Part shown: positions 1 through 9,232 of the stretch, piece after piece | Layout of the letters: each line of letters opens with the position of its first letter | How positions within the stretch are numbered: the stretch's first letter is position 1 | Origin: a virus | Lineage: Duplodnaviria; Heunggongvirae; Uroviricota; Caudoviricetes | Reading direction: 5' to 3' (one strand) | IMG/VR virus record: IMGVR_UViG_3300009678_000054 | Span: 1 to 35,853 of that record | DNA length: 35,853 bases | Position numbers and translations under genes: made by a program | Notes under the pieces: model-generated | Databases searched by the model: none | Seen by the model: only the letters and a program-made list of their open reading frames with translations | What the model was told of the DNA's origin: nothing

Positions 1-99
1 ATTCAGGTTAATCCAAGACGGTTCTTACCTTTCTGAAGGTTTAATTATGAATCCGTTAAAATAAATTGTTAAAACGCAAAATATTTCCCACAAAAAAGT

Positions 100-129
100 T
101 TTGGAAATTCAAAACTTCTCCTACATTTG
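100..129 (+). promoter_or_regulatory. Bacteroidota sigma70-type promoter
   Basis: TTTG (100-103), 18 nt, TACATTTG (122-129) matches the -33 TTTG / -7 TAnnTTTG consensus; 26 nt upstream of ATG 156. Confidence 0.75.
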
Positions 130-155
130 TATTTTCAAAACAAAAATTATATTTT

Positions 156-902
156 ATGTCAATTATGATGTCGGAAGACCTTTTAGTAAAAAGAAGTTCC
201 GAAAGCGCAAAAGCTCTGCTTCTCACGGCTAAAACTCCCCGTGCTACGAAGTCTTACTCCCCCGTGTCGCATAAGGATGTAATAAATTTCACTCTCGAAC
301 AGCTTGATAAAGCGGGAATGGAATTGCATTCAGAAAGATACATGGCGAATAAAGACGGACTGATCGGGATGGGTTTCTACAAGATCAAAGGATTTGGTGA
401 CGATGAGATGGGCATGGAACTTGCCTGGCAGAACAGTTTAAACAAGGCCCTGTCGCTTAAATGGGCGATTGGTGGAAACGTTTTCATCTGCACAAACGGT
501 ATGATGCGTGGAGATATTGGTACGTTCAAACGTAAGCATACGGGGACTGTACTTGATGAATATGCTGAAGCCGTAAAGCGTTACGTTGGGGATGCTGAAT
601 CACATTTCAAAGAACTTATGAGTGACAAAGAAACGCTGAAGAACATTAACGTTAACCCTCGCAAGGTTGCTGAAATGCTCGGTCGCATGTTCATTGAAAA
701 AGACATTCTTAATGCTACTCAGCTTAGCATCGTAAAGCGTGAGCTTACTAATCCTACTTACGATTACAAAGCAGATGGAACAATGTGGCAGCTTTACAAC
801 CACTGTACCGTTGCGTTGAAAGAAGCTCACCCACTTCATCACATGAACCAGCACACTGATCTGCACAAGTTCGTGATGACAGAATCGAAAATATGGGATT
901 AA
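156..902 (+). CDS. DUF932 / TIGR03299-like phage protein
   Basis: Pattern Y.PVSH..VI ... NS.NK..SLKWAIG..VFICTNGM ... RKHTG; start moved from TTG 66 to ATG 156, which lies downstream of the promoter. Confidence 0.7.
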   Translation: MSIMMSEDLLVKRSSESAKALLLTAKTPRATKSYSPVSHKDVINFTLEQLDKAGMELHSERYMANKDGLIGMGFYKIKGFGDDEMGMELAWQNSLNKALSLKWAIGGNVFICTNGMMRGDIGTFKRKHTGTVLDEYAEAVKRYVGDAESHFKELMSDKETLKNINVNPRKVAEMLGRMFIEKDILNATQLSIVKRELTNPTYDYKADGTMWQLYNHCTVALKEAHPLHHMNQHTDLHKFVMTESKIWD

Positions 903-922
903 GATAGCAGCAACCCGTGTTT

Positions 923-1106
923 GCCGAGCGGTATTATCGGCTTTGTTTAACTTTTTAAAATCCTGCTTGAAACGATACACAGTAGGTGGTCTCAAGTTCC
1001 GAGAGATCGGCGATAACAATGTAGCCATAATAAGTATCGGAATGAGTGTAAACCTGGGTGAAGACCAGCAGGTAAACATTCGTAAACAACTAAAACGCTG
1101 GTCTTC
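923..1106 (+). ncRNA. candidate structured RNA / cis-regulatory leader (unassigned)
   Basis: 213-nt gap in an otherwise gapless region; several hairpins and a perfect 10-bp helix GAAGACCAGC (1060-1069)/GCTGGTCTTC (1097-1106). Confidence 0.4.
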
Positions 1107-1115
1107 TTTATATTT

Positions 1116-1316
1116 ATGTCAAAGTGTCAACTTACCAATTATAAATGCCCGACATGCTTAACCGAACAAAAGCATTATGCTTGGGACAACGAATTGAAAA
1201 CAACGAAACAAGATTGCGTCAAAGGATGCAAGAAGAAACTGACTGATAAAAACCTTTTTGTACCTGAGAAGATTGATCTTATCGGTATAAGAACACCAAC
1301 AAAAAACAGAGTATGA
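1116..1316 (+). CDS. small Zn-ribbon-like protein
   Basis: CPTC ... CVKGC; ATGA overlap with next ORF. Confidence 0.55.
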   Translation: MSKCQLTNYKCPTCLTEQKHYAWDNELKTTKQDCVKGCKKKLTDKNLFVPEKIDLIGIRTPTKNRV

Positions 1317-1690
1317 ACTGGCAAGAAGCATATGAATTACCCTTGAAACTTTGGGGAGTAGGTCAAACAAAAGTATTTACTGCTGAAAATAACATGGCTT
1401 TTGATTTCATGTTTGAAATGTTCAGAGATGAATACCCTAAAATGAGATTGATCTCTGATGAGAACAAACTCGATATTGTTGCGCTTATCAACGGTGAAAA
1501 AAAAGGTGCTATTGAAGGCGAAGTTACCTACGACCGGGAGCAACAAACTATCAATGTTGACGGTAATGTTATCCTTATTATTCGTGGATGGGGACATCTC
1601 ACTGGTACATTGAACCTGCAACCTGAGAAGGCTGCGTTCCTGCAAGATGAATTCGCAAAATACATCGTTGAAAAATTATCTGGAAAATGA
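1313..1690 (+). CDS. hypothetical phage protein
   Basis: Coupled ORF (ATGA overlaps on both sides); IRGWGHLTG motif. Confidence 0.7.
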   Translation: MNWQEAYELPLKLWGVGQTKVFTAENNMAFDFMFEMFRDEYPKMRLISDENKLDIVALINGEKKGAIEGEVTYDREQQTINVDGNVILIIRGWGHLTGTLNLQPEKAAFLQDEFAKYIVEKLSGK

Positions 1691-2277
1691 AAATAATAAC
1701 ATTTAACAAGCTATATTCTTATGGTGTCGAAGTTCGTGTTCACGGAAACGGTTTCATACAAGTTGATATACCGGAAACAAATTTACGACTTCATGTGTGG
1801 CCGAGAGAAAGACTAGAAACACAAAAGGTTTATACTGGAATCCACAATCATAAATTCGGTCTTAAAAGCAAAATATTGTGTGGTAAACTAATCCATACCC
1901 AATTTGAAGGTTTGGTTATTGCTGACAACGGTGATTGGCAAATGTATAAAACCGTTCCAAGAGAGAGTGAAGATACAGGATTGGTGTTAGCATCACCTTT
2001 TTATTTTACTCTCACCAATCCTCAAACATTTCAAATGTGCGCTGGTAGCGAATATGAATTTCCTGCTGGTAAATTTCATGAGTCCAGGGGTGAAGGATTG
2101 ACAGCGACATTAATGCAGAAGACCAGCGTTGATGAAAGTATTGAAGTTATTGTCCTTTGTCCAAAAGATAAGAAACCTGATAATGATTTCCATCGTTATC
2201 AGTTTGACCAAAAGGTTCTATGGAATATCATCGACGATGTGTTTAATCAAATCGGTTATATAGAAATACCTGAATAA
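1687..2277 (+). CDS. cupin-like metal-binding protein
   Basis: RLHVW..IHNHKF..S.IL.G and distal FH (H53, H55, H131), a cupin-type His triad. Confidence 0.5.
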   Translation: MKIITFNKLYSYGVEVRVHGNGFIQVDIPETNLRLHVWPRERLETQKVYTGIHNHKFGLKSKILCGKLIHTQFEGLVIADNGDWQMYKTVPRESEDTGLVLASPFYFTLTNPQTFQMCAGSEYEFPAGKFHESRGEGLTATLMQKTSVDESIEVIVLCPKDKKPDNDFHRYQFDQKVLWNIIDDVFNQIGYIEIPE

Positions 2278-2624
2278 TGATTCAATATCACGGAGCTAAA
2301 ATTGAAAAAGGAAAATTGAAGTTCTTCAATCGTGAATCGAAGAATATTATAGGTTCTATGCCCGATGGTGTATACCTTGTTGCCGTAATGAGCATGAATG
2401 AAAAATCAACCCGTGATAACCAGAACCGTTATTACGTAACGTTGGGTGAATGGTCCAACTCAACCGGGTGGACTAAAGAAGACTTGCACGATCTGGTGAA
2501 GGAAGAATTGTTCGAAGAATTGTTCGAAGGGCCTTTATCCACAACGGAACTTGATGCGGAGCAATGGACGATGGTCTTTTTCCAACTTGAGAATTTCTTA
2601 ATGCGTAAATTCAAAAACAAATGA
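2277..2624 (+). CDS. NinB-like recombination protein
   Basis: S...QNRYY.....S..TG.TKEDLH ... STTEL pattern. Confidence 0.5.
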   Translation: MIQYHGAKIEKGKLKFFNRESKNIIGSMPDGVYLVAVMSMNEKSTRDNQNRYYVTLGEWSNSTGWTKEDLHDLVKEELFEELFEGPLSTTELDAEQWTMVFFQLENFLMRKFKNK

Positions 2625-2854
2625 AGCACGAGAACTGGATAATGAAAGAAAATCTCAATGATGCTTTATCTTTAGTAATTAAGGCTAAGGAAAAGCTTGA
2701 TGAGTTGAAAAAAGATGAGCGTATGTATTATCCAACGGCTACAGTGTTTGCAAATGCTCCACTCGCATTGATACAATGTTCAATTGGAGCGCAGATAAAT
2801 ATCCTGGAAAATATACTTGGTTTACCAATGTCAAAATTTCCTTTAATAAAATAA
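2621..2854 (+). CDS. hypothetical protein
   Basis: Coupled ORF. Confidence 0.6.
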   Translation: MKHENWIMKENLNDALSLVIKAKEKLDELKKDERMYYPTATVFANAPLALIQCSIGAQINILENILGLPMSKFPLIK

Positions 2855-2856
2855 TA

Positions 2857-3429
2857 ATGAGTAACAAAATATATTTTTCTGAATATCTACCTGTGGAAGG
2901 AGATATAAAGAGGGGGAGTAATCAACTTATTTGGAAAGAAGGTATATTTTCCCCCGTTAGTATTGATAAAATGCCAAAATCCACCAATGAGATAGCTTAC
3001 CAAAGAGAGGGATACAGGGTTGTTAAACTTTTTCTTTGTAGTAGAGATATACAGGTAGGTGATAAGGTCTGTGATGTAAATGATAATTCTATATTTGCAG
3101 ATGTTGTAGGAGTAAATGGAACTAAAATATATGCAAAATTAGATGGAAAAGCTTGTATTCTTCATAATACAGGCGGAATTATGAAAATAATAGGAGAAAT
3201 ATCACCTGATGCTACTTGGGTTACAAGAGGGATGAAGTTTGATGAAACAGAAATTCAAAAATGTATTTGGAGTGTACCTGATTTTTATACTGATGAAAAA
3301 GAAATGATACCAGTACAAACAGATAAATGGTTTAACTCTAGGTACAATAGAGAGAAGGGCAAATTAGAACCAATACCTCTTGAGAGAAAAGTTATTCAAA
3401 TAAAAGGTCCATGTGGTCATTTTCACTAA
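2857..3429 (+). CDS. hypothetical phage protein
   Basis: Start refined to ATG 2857 (MSNKIYFSEYLPVEGDIK), 2 nt after the previous stop. Confidence 0.65.
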   Translation: MSNKIYFSEYLPVEGDIKRGSNQLIWKEGIFSPVSIDKMPKSTNEIAYQREGYRVVKLFLCSRDIQVGDKVCDVNDNSIFADVVGVNGTKIYAKLDGKACILHNTGGIMKIIGEISPDATWVTRGMKFDETEIQKCIWSVPDFYTDEKEMIPVQTDKWFNSRYNREKGKLEPIPLERKVIQIKGPCGHFH

Positions 3430-3439
3430 AAATAAAACT

Positions 3440-3661
3440 ATGAGTTTAATGTTTTACGATAATCGTATTGATAAGTCTAAAGACGTAGTTGATAGTCTTA
3501 TCGCCATCTCAGATGGACATAAACTTCATGATCGTGATTTCGATTCAGTGTGTGAAGCATACGAATTAGATGAAGAAAAAGTTATGTGGAAAATGATAAG
3601 AAGTGATAAATATAAATTCAACCGGGCTGACACTGGTTGGTACATTGAACCTAAAGAATAA
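3440..3661 (+). CDS. hypothetical protein
   Basis: Start refined to ATG 3440; TAATG coupling to polymerase. Confidence 0.55.
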   Translation: MSLMFYDNRIDKSKDVVDSLIAISDGHKLHDRDFDSVCEAYELDEEKVMWKMIRSDKYKFNRADTGWYIEPKE

Positions 3662-5628
3662 TGAAGGAAAAATACGTTATATATGACATAGAAACGTTAA
3701 GCAACTGCTTTACCATTGCGTTCAAAGATTTCGCAAGCGGTAAAGAGAAGTTCTTTGTCGTTCATGAAAAGCGTAACGACTTCGATTTAATTATCGGGTG
3801 GTTACGTAAGTTCAAACGTGAAGGCTACTGGATGGTAGGTTATAACAATATTGGATTTGACGGACAGATAATTGAATATCTTATTATAAATCGTAAGATG
3901 TTCAAGAATCTTAATCCTAAAATTATTGCAGCCAAGATTTACGAACTGTCCCAGGAAATCATAAACATGCCCGATGAGGAAAAATGGAACAACCTTCTCC
4001 CTGCATGGAAAATGACCATACCTCAGCTTGACCTGATGAAGCAGCGTCACTACGACAGTAAGAACAAGCGTGTATCGCTGAAGTGGTTGGAATTCACAAT
4101 GAGATTTCCAAACATTCAATCAATGCCTATATCGCACGATACGCACATTACTCAAACAATGTTCGGTACGATCAAGCGTTATAACCTGAACGATACCGAT
4201 GCTACATACGAATTTTTCAAACGTGTAATGTTTGAGACCGATCTGCGTTTAAAGCTGAGTCATGAATACGGACTGGATTTGATGAACGCATCCGAGCCTC
4301 GGTTAGCTCGTGAGATATTTGGTCAATTCCTTAGCGAGAAAATGGGTATTCCTTATCGTGATCTAAAAGAACGTAGAACTTATCGTCAAACAATCTTTAC
4401 AAAGCAAATCCTTTTTAAGTACATAAAGTTTGAAGACCCGATTCTCAAGGGAGCGCATGAGTTCTACAAGAAGTTAACCTTTAATCCGTACAACTTCACT
4501 CAGAACAATATGGACCTTACGGAAGTTAATAAAACATTCCGTTATCACAACATCCCTGAAGTAGTAGTAGGTCTTGGCGGTATTCACGGTTGCGTTAATC
4601 CAGGTGTGTACACTTCTAACCCTGAATGGTACATCCATGACATTGATGTGAAATCATATTATCCCAACCTGGGTATTCAAAATCGTTTGTTCCCTGAACA
4701 CCTGTCAGAAGATTTCTGTGACGTGTATGAAGAATTGTACATTAAACGTACTGAGATTCCAAAGGAAAGTCCGATCAACTACATCTTTAAGGTCATTCTT
4801 AATGCAGCATACGGGTTGAGTAAAGAACCGAACAACTATTTCCATGACCCTAAATACACGTTTAGTATCACGATAAATGGTCAGTTGCTTATTCTCATGC
4901 TTGCCGAATACATTAAAAAGCGTGTACCGGATTGTAAATTCTACCAATTGAACACCGATGGTGTGTCAGTAGGTTACCATCCGAAGCACAAGTTGAAAGT
5001 GAAAGAGGCAATGGATGAGTGGATGAAACTAACGAAGCTGGAATTGGAAGAACAGTTTTATACCAAGATGGTCATCAAAGACGTTAACAACTATATTGCG
5101 GTTAACGAGAAAGGTAAAGTAAAACGTAAAGGTGCGGCTTTCGCATATTCAATGAACCCGGAAGATAAGGAGCTTGATTATCACAGAAACCCCTCAGCCC
5201 TCGTCGTTCCAAAAGCGTTGGAACAATACTTTATCAACAACGTTCCTATTGAAAAATATGTGAAAGAATGCAAAGACATTTATGACTTTTGTCTTGGTGT
5301 GAAAGTGAAGCGTGATTTCAACCTGCAACAATACACCATCAAAGATGGTCAGCTAGTTACAGATACTCTACATCAACAAGTTGTTCGGTATTATGTCTCT
5401 CACAGCAATTGTAGCTTGAAGAAGAAGTATAAACAAGGTGCTAAAAAATACGGTCAGAAACCAACTGAAATTCAAAAAGGCTGGAACATGACTTACTTTA
5501 ATCAGTATGAGGAAAAAGATTTTGAAGCGTACAGGGTTGATTATCGTTTCTACCTGGAACGAATTCGTGATATAATCAAACAGATCGACCCGAACATGCA
5601 AAACATGAAACTTGAATTTCCAACATGA
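3661..5628 (+). CDS. polB: family B DNA polymerase with 3'-5' exonuclease (crAss-like type)
   Basis: ExoI YDIET, ExoII GYNNIGFD, ExoIII YNLND; motif A DIDVKSYYP, motif B KVILNAAYG, motif C NTDG; VNNYIA. Confidence 0.95.
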   Translation: MKEKYVIYDIETLSNCFTIAFKDFASGKEKFFVVHEKRNDFDLIIGWLRKFKREGYWMVGYNNIGFDGQIIEYLIINRKMFKNLNPKIIAAKIYELSQEIINMPDEEKWNNLLPAWKMTIPQLDLMKQRHYDSKNKRVSLKWLEFTMRFPNIQSMPISHDTHITQTMFGTIKRYNLNDTDATYEFFKRVMFETDLRLKLSHEYGLDLMNASEPRLAREIFGQFLSEKMGIPYRDLKERRTYRQTIFTKQILFKYIKFEDPILKGAHEFYKKLTFNPYNFTQNNMDLTEVNKTFRYHNIPEVVVGLGGIHGCVNPGVYTSNPEWYIHDIDVKSYYPNLGIQNRLFPEHLSEDFCDVYEELYIKRTEIPKESPINYIFKVILNAAYGLSKEPNNYFHDPKYTFSITINGQLLILMLAEYIKKRVPDCKFYQLNTDGVSVGYHPKHKLKVKEAMDEWMKLTKLELEEQFYTKMVIKDVNNYIAVNEKGKVKRKGAAFAYSMNPEDKELDYHRNPSALVVPKALEQYFINNVPIEKYVKECKDIYDFCLGVKVKRDFNLQQYTIKDGQLVTDTLHQQVVRYYVSHSNCSLKKKYKQGAKKYGQKPTEIQKGWNMTYFNQYEEKDFEAYRVDYRFYLERIRDIIKQIDPNMQNMKLEFPT

Positions 5629-5996
5629 AAACAATAACATATCTTCGCCAAAAACTTGAAAAAGCATGGTCTGCTGAAACTTCATATTATAGAAATTATG
5701 ACGGTAGTATTCCTGCTTTCGGACAATGTTTAGTTACAGCGTTGGTTGTTCAGGATTGGTTTAAAGGTGATATTGTTCGTGGGGATGTCATTGTTAAAGG
5801 TTCAAAGAAACCAGTACGACATTTTTGGAATATTATAAACGGTGTCGAAGTTGATCTTACATGGTCACAATTTCCACATTGTTCAAAGGTGACTAACATA
5901 ACTGTGATAAAGAACTGGAAAACACTTTTGAAAAATGAATCTGTCGGACTCCGATATAGTAAACTTGCAGTTTTAGTAGGACCAATAAAGAAGTAA
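5625..5996 (+). CDS. YunG-like protein (putative Cys-His-Asp papain-like fold)
   Basis: WSAETS, GQCLVTALVVQD, HFWN, DLTWSQF. Confidence 0.65.
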   Translation: MKTITYLRQKLEKAWSAETSYYRNYDGSIPAFGQCLVTALVVQDWFKGDIVRGDVIVKGSKKPVRHFWNIINGVEVDLTWSQFPHCSKVTNITVIKNWKTLLKNESVGLRYSKLAVLVGPIKK

Positions 5997-7126
5997 TGAA
6001 CAACGCACAAATAGCAAGGGAGATAGCGCAAGACGAAGCGATGACTTCAGCAAGAGCGGCTGAATACAATTGTGCATTGATCGCATCTGTGGGTTTTGGT
6101 AAGGGCAAGGTGATGATTGATCTGGCTGAAGAAATAATTGATAAGTATAAAATAAAAAGTATTCTTTATGTTTGCGATAATAAGCGTTTGCGTGATTCTA
6201 ATGAGGAAGGCTTCCCGGAACAAATTGAAAAATGGGGGAGTGCGAGGATAAAAAGGATGACACGTCTTGAGTGTTATCAAACAGCTTGTAAATGGACAGG
6301 TGAGAAGTATGATTTGCTGTTAGCGGATGAGGCTGACTTTGCAATGACCCCGGTTTATTCAAACGTGTTTTTCAAGAACAAGTTTCGTTTTAAGATACTG
6401 GTGACTGGTACACTCTCACCAGCAAAGCGTAAATTGTTAAAGGAAATTGTTCCGATCTCGTTCAAGCTTGATACAGTTGAAGCTGAGAATCGTGGTATCA
6501 TTAATAAGACTCATTACTACGCTTACAATTATCCGATGACCGAAGAAGAATCTGGTGAATACGACCGTTTGACCAGGTTGATTGGTATTAAATTAAATGA
6601 AGATAATGAAGATGCGGCGAGGTATTTTACTGGTAAGAGACGTGAGTTCCTTTTTAATCTGAATAGTTCTTACAAACACTGCCGGAAGCTTATGCGCTGG
6701 TTGTGGGAGAAAGATAAGAAAACTCGTCTGGTGATCTTCTGTCAACGCACGGACCAAGCTGATCGTGTATGTAAATACAGTTATCACGGAAAGAACGAGG
6801 AGGATAATATTCTTTCTCTATTCCAGAAAATGCTGATCTCGGCCATAGCTGTAGTAAGCAAAATCAAAAGAGGTATAAATCTTAAAAATGCTAATACCGC
6901 AATTTTTGAAGCAGTGGATGGTAGTACTACGGAATTCGAGCAGCGTGGTGGCCGTATGAAACGTCTCCCACAATCTGAAATAGCGAAGATAATTTTCATG
7001 ATACCCTGGATTCGCAAAGTTGATAAGCACGGTAAAGTGTTCTATAAGGAAAGTATAGTAGGTGAATGGGTACGTAAATGTACCAGCAACCTCGGTGAAA
7101 TTGAATTCATTGATCTTAAAATATAA
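5996..7126 (+). CDS. superfamily 2 helicase
   Basis: Motif I SVGFGKGK, II DEAD, III VTGT, VI QRGGRMKR. Confidence 0.85.
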   Translation: MNNAQIAREIAQDEAMTSARAAEYNCALIASVGFGKGKVMIDLAEEIIDKYKIKSILYVCDNKRLRDSNEEGFPEQIEKWGSARIKRMTRLECYQTACKWTGEKYDLLLADEADFAMTPVYSNVFFKNKFRFKILVTGTLSPAKRKLLKEIVPISFKLDTVEAENRGIINKTHYYAYNYPMTEEESGEYDRLTRLIGIKLNEDNEDAARYFTGKRREFLFNLNSSYKHCRKLMRWLWEKDKKTRLVIFCQRTDQADRVCKYSYHGKNEEDNILSLFQKMLISAIAVVSKIKRGINLKNANTAIFEAVDGSTTEFEQRGGRMKRLPQSEIAKIIFMIPWIRKVDKHGKVFYKESIVGEWVRKCTSNLGEIEFIDLKI

Positions 7127-7128
7127 TC

Positions 7129-7410
7129 ATGCAACCATTATTTACAGTTGATGACCTGTTATCAAAAGAATCAAAACCACCGTTATATGTTCGCATAATT
7201 GCAAAACTTATTCCGGTTTTAGTATGGGAAGATGAAACAAATTTGGCACAAGGAGAACTTGAAAAGTTCAATTATGTTAAAAGTTGCCGAAATAAACATA
7301 AGTTTAACGATCAGGTTGTAGGTTGTAAAGGCGGTTTTGATTATATTTGGCGACATGTGTCCGATGATTGGTTTAAAGTTGTAGGAAAATCACCAGAAAG
7401 AACCTGTTAA
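7129..7410 (+). CDS. hypothetical protein
   Basis: Tightly packed ORF. Confidence 0.55.
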   Translation: MQPLFTVDDLLSKESKPPLYVRIIAKLIPVLVWEDETNLAQGELEKFNYVKSCRNKHKFNDQVVGCKGGFDYIWRHVSDDWFKVVGKSPERTC

Positions 7411-7421
7411 AAATATAAAAT

Positions 7422-7634
7422 ATGAAAATTTTAAAAATCACAGAAAAAATACCACAACCTGCTGTACTACCTGATGGTTTATACAACGGTGTATTAGGCG
7501 GTAGCATTATACAACTTTCTTATAATGCAAAATATTATGAATTAACCGTAGAAGAAGGTATAAGAGGAAGCGGTGTTAAAGTAGTAGTAACTGTTAAAAA
7601 CGGAGAAGCTACTTATGACGAATTTAAAAATTAA
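7422..7634 (+). CDS. hypothetical protein
   Basis: Tightly packed ORF, A-rich start context. Confidence 0.6.
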   Translation: MKILKITEKIPQPAVLPDGLYNGVLGGSIIQLSYNAKYYELTVEEGIRGSGVKVVVTVKNGEATYDEFKN

Positions 7635-7637
7635 ATC

Positions 7638-7970
7638 ATGCACAAGAAACCAAAAACAGCAATGTTTGAATTGCGTTGCAAAGTTGTACACGCATTCCTG
7701 GCAACAAAAGGTTTTGTAACCAAAGCGGAAATCGCTAAGGAACTAGAATGGGAATGGCCCAAGCATGATCGTCAGATACGGGATATTCTTTCTCATATCT
7801 CGAAAACATATCCAATTATTTCAATGTCGTGTACCGATGGTTACAAGTTGGCTGAAAACTTATCCGACCTGGGTAATGTTAAACACGCTATCGCCGAAAT
7901 AGACAGCCGTATCGAAGAACTTGCAAAGCGTAAACAAACTTTGCAAAATTTCATTATTAAAATACATTAA
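7638..7970 (+). CDS. winged-helix DNA-binding protein with C-terminal coiled coil
   Basis: VTKAEIAKEL...DRQIRDILSHI...PIIS...GYKL pattern. Confidence 0.55.
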   Translation: MHKKPKTAMFELRCKVVHAFLATKGFVTKAEIAKELEWEWPKHDRQIRDILSHISKTYPIISMSCTDGYKLAENLSDLGNVKHAIAEIDSRIEELAKRKQTLQNFIIKIH

Positions 7971-7972
7971 TT

Positions 7973-8191
7973 ATGAGTGACTTTATAAGCAACGGTGAGG
8001 ATTATGTTGACTATATCAAGAATGAAGAAGACTTGAAAAAATTCAATAGGATGAAAGAACTTGAAAAAGAATTACATAAACCTGCAGCCGAATGCCTAGA
8101 CGCAGTGATAGAATATACAAACTTGGAAAGAAGTTTAAGAGGTGTACCACCTGTTACCTTCATCAAACAAGGAAATCCAAAATATAATTAA
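7973..8191 (+). CDS. hypothetical protein
   Basis: Tightly packed ORF. Confidence 0.55.
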   Translation: MSDFISNGEDYVDYIKNEEDLKKFNRMKELEKELHKPAAECLDAVIEYTNLERSLRGVPPVTFIKQGNPKYN

Positions 8192-8192
8192 G

Positions 8193-8885
8193 ATGACAAA
8201 AGAAGCTGCAATAAAATTAATGAAAGGCTACGGTTATACTTTGGTATCCGAAGCCGGAAACGAATCCTGGCTTGGTTTTTCCAAAGAAATAAACGGGATA
8301 TGGATGAGTGCTAAAGTGATCTTGGTCCAGGAATCTGTTACCCTCACTGGTGGTGTGTTGAAAATGATGTGTGAATTGAGTTGTAAAAAATTCGATATTA
8401 ACTCAAACAGATTTGTTGATTTCGAAAACATATTATATCTTTATGCTAAAATCTGCGGTCAGGTTGATAACCTGACTGATTCTGAAGGAATTGTAAAACA
8501 GGCATTCGCCGAAGCATCTGCCCACATCAAACCGGAAGAAATAGTAAATGAAGTAGTTAACGAAAGCACGAAATTGGTTGATCGCATTGAAGCATTTAAA
8601 AAACGTGTAATAGAAGTTGGCAAGGAAAAAGGTCATGGTTCTGAAATGTGTAAAGCTTTCTTTAAATACTGGTCCGAGGTGTCTGATGGTGGAAAGAAAA
8701 TGCGTTGGGAGATTATAAAGAATAAGAAAGGAACATTCAACATCGCTGGTCGTCTTGTTACATGGCGTGATAACGATGCGAAGTTCAACGACAACTTCCG
8801 TGATCGCAAAGAGAAGGTGGCTGATAAACAAAACAAAGAACTGAAAAAGAAACCAACAGTTATTAATACTAAAGAACTATTTTGA
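8193..8885 (+). CDS. protein with C-terminal domain resembling Bacteroidota phage replication initiators
   Basis: FFKYWSE....KKMRWE....TFNI..RL.TW..N; start refined to ATG 8193. Confidence 0.45.
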   Translation: MTKEAAIKLMKGYGYTLVSEAGNESWLGFSKEINGIWMSAKVILVQESVTLTGGVLKMMCELSCKKFDINSNRFVDFENILYLYAKICGQVDNLTDSEGIVKQAFAEASAHIKPEEIVNEVVNESTKLVDRIEAFKKRVIEVGKEKGHGSEMCKAFFKYWSEVSDGGKKMRWEIIKNKKGTFNIAGRLVTWRDNDAKFNDNFRDRKEKVADKQNKELKKKPTVINTKELF

Positions 8886-9232
8886 TGAGCGATAAGTTTT
8901 TTATCTTTATGATTTTAATTCATTTCCTTGCTGATTTTGGATTACAAACTCATGAACAAGCTATCAATAAAAGTTCATCCAACAAGTTTTTGTTTTATCA
9001 CGTTGGTGTTTATTCACTAATATGGTTATTAGCAACTATGAGTCTTGGATGGAAATGTTTAATATTCGCAGGGATTACATTTGTTTTACATTTTATAACT
9101 GATTATATAACAAGTCGAATATCAAAACCATTTTTTGCTAAAAATGATTATCACAATGGTTTTGTAGTAGTAGGTTTCGATCAAGTATTGCACATGTTAC
9201 AATTATTTTATACTATAAAGTTACTTTTCTAA
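8882..9232 (+). CDS. DUF3307-like membrane protein
   Basis: HFLADF.LQT, hydrophobic helices, HFITDY, GFDQVLH. Confidence 0.75.
   Translation: MMSDKFFIFMILIHFLADFGLQTHEQAINKSSSNKFLFYHVGVYSLIWLLATMSLGWKCLIFAGITFVLHFITDYITSRISKPFFAKNDYHNGFVVVGFDQVLHMLQLFYTIKLLF

Noticed and set aside
985-1035. Resemblance to twister (GGTCTCAAGT), fluoride (GGCGAT...GCCATAA) and SAM-II (AATGTAGC) motifs
   Set aside because: Required partner strands and conserved flanking nucleotides are missing or in the wrong order; no family assigned
943-1161. 72-aa TTG-start ORF across the structured region
   Set aside because: Weak start, overlaps the next gene out of frame and has no motif; the base-pairing pattern is the better explanation, though this is not excluded
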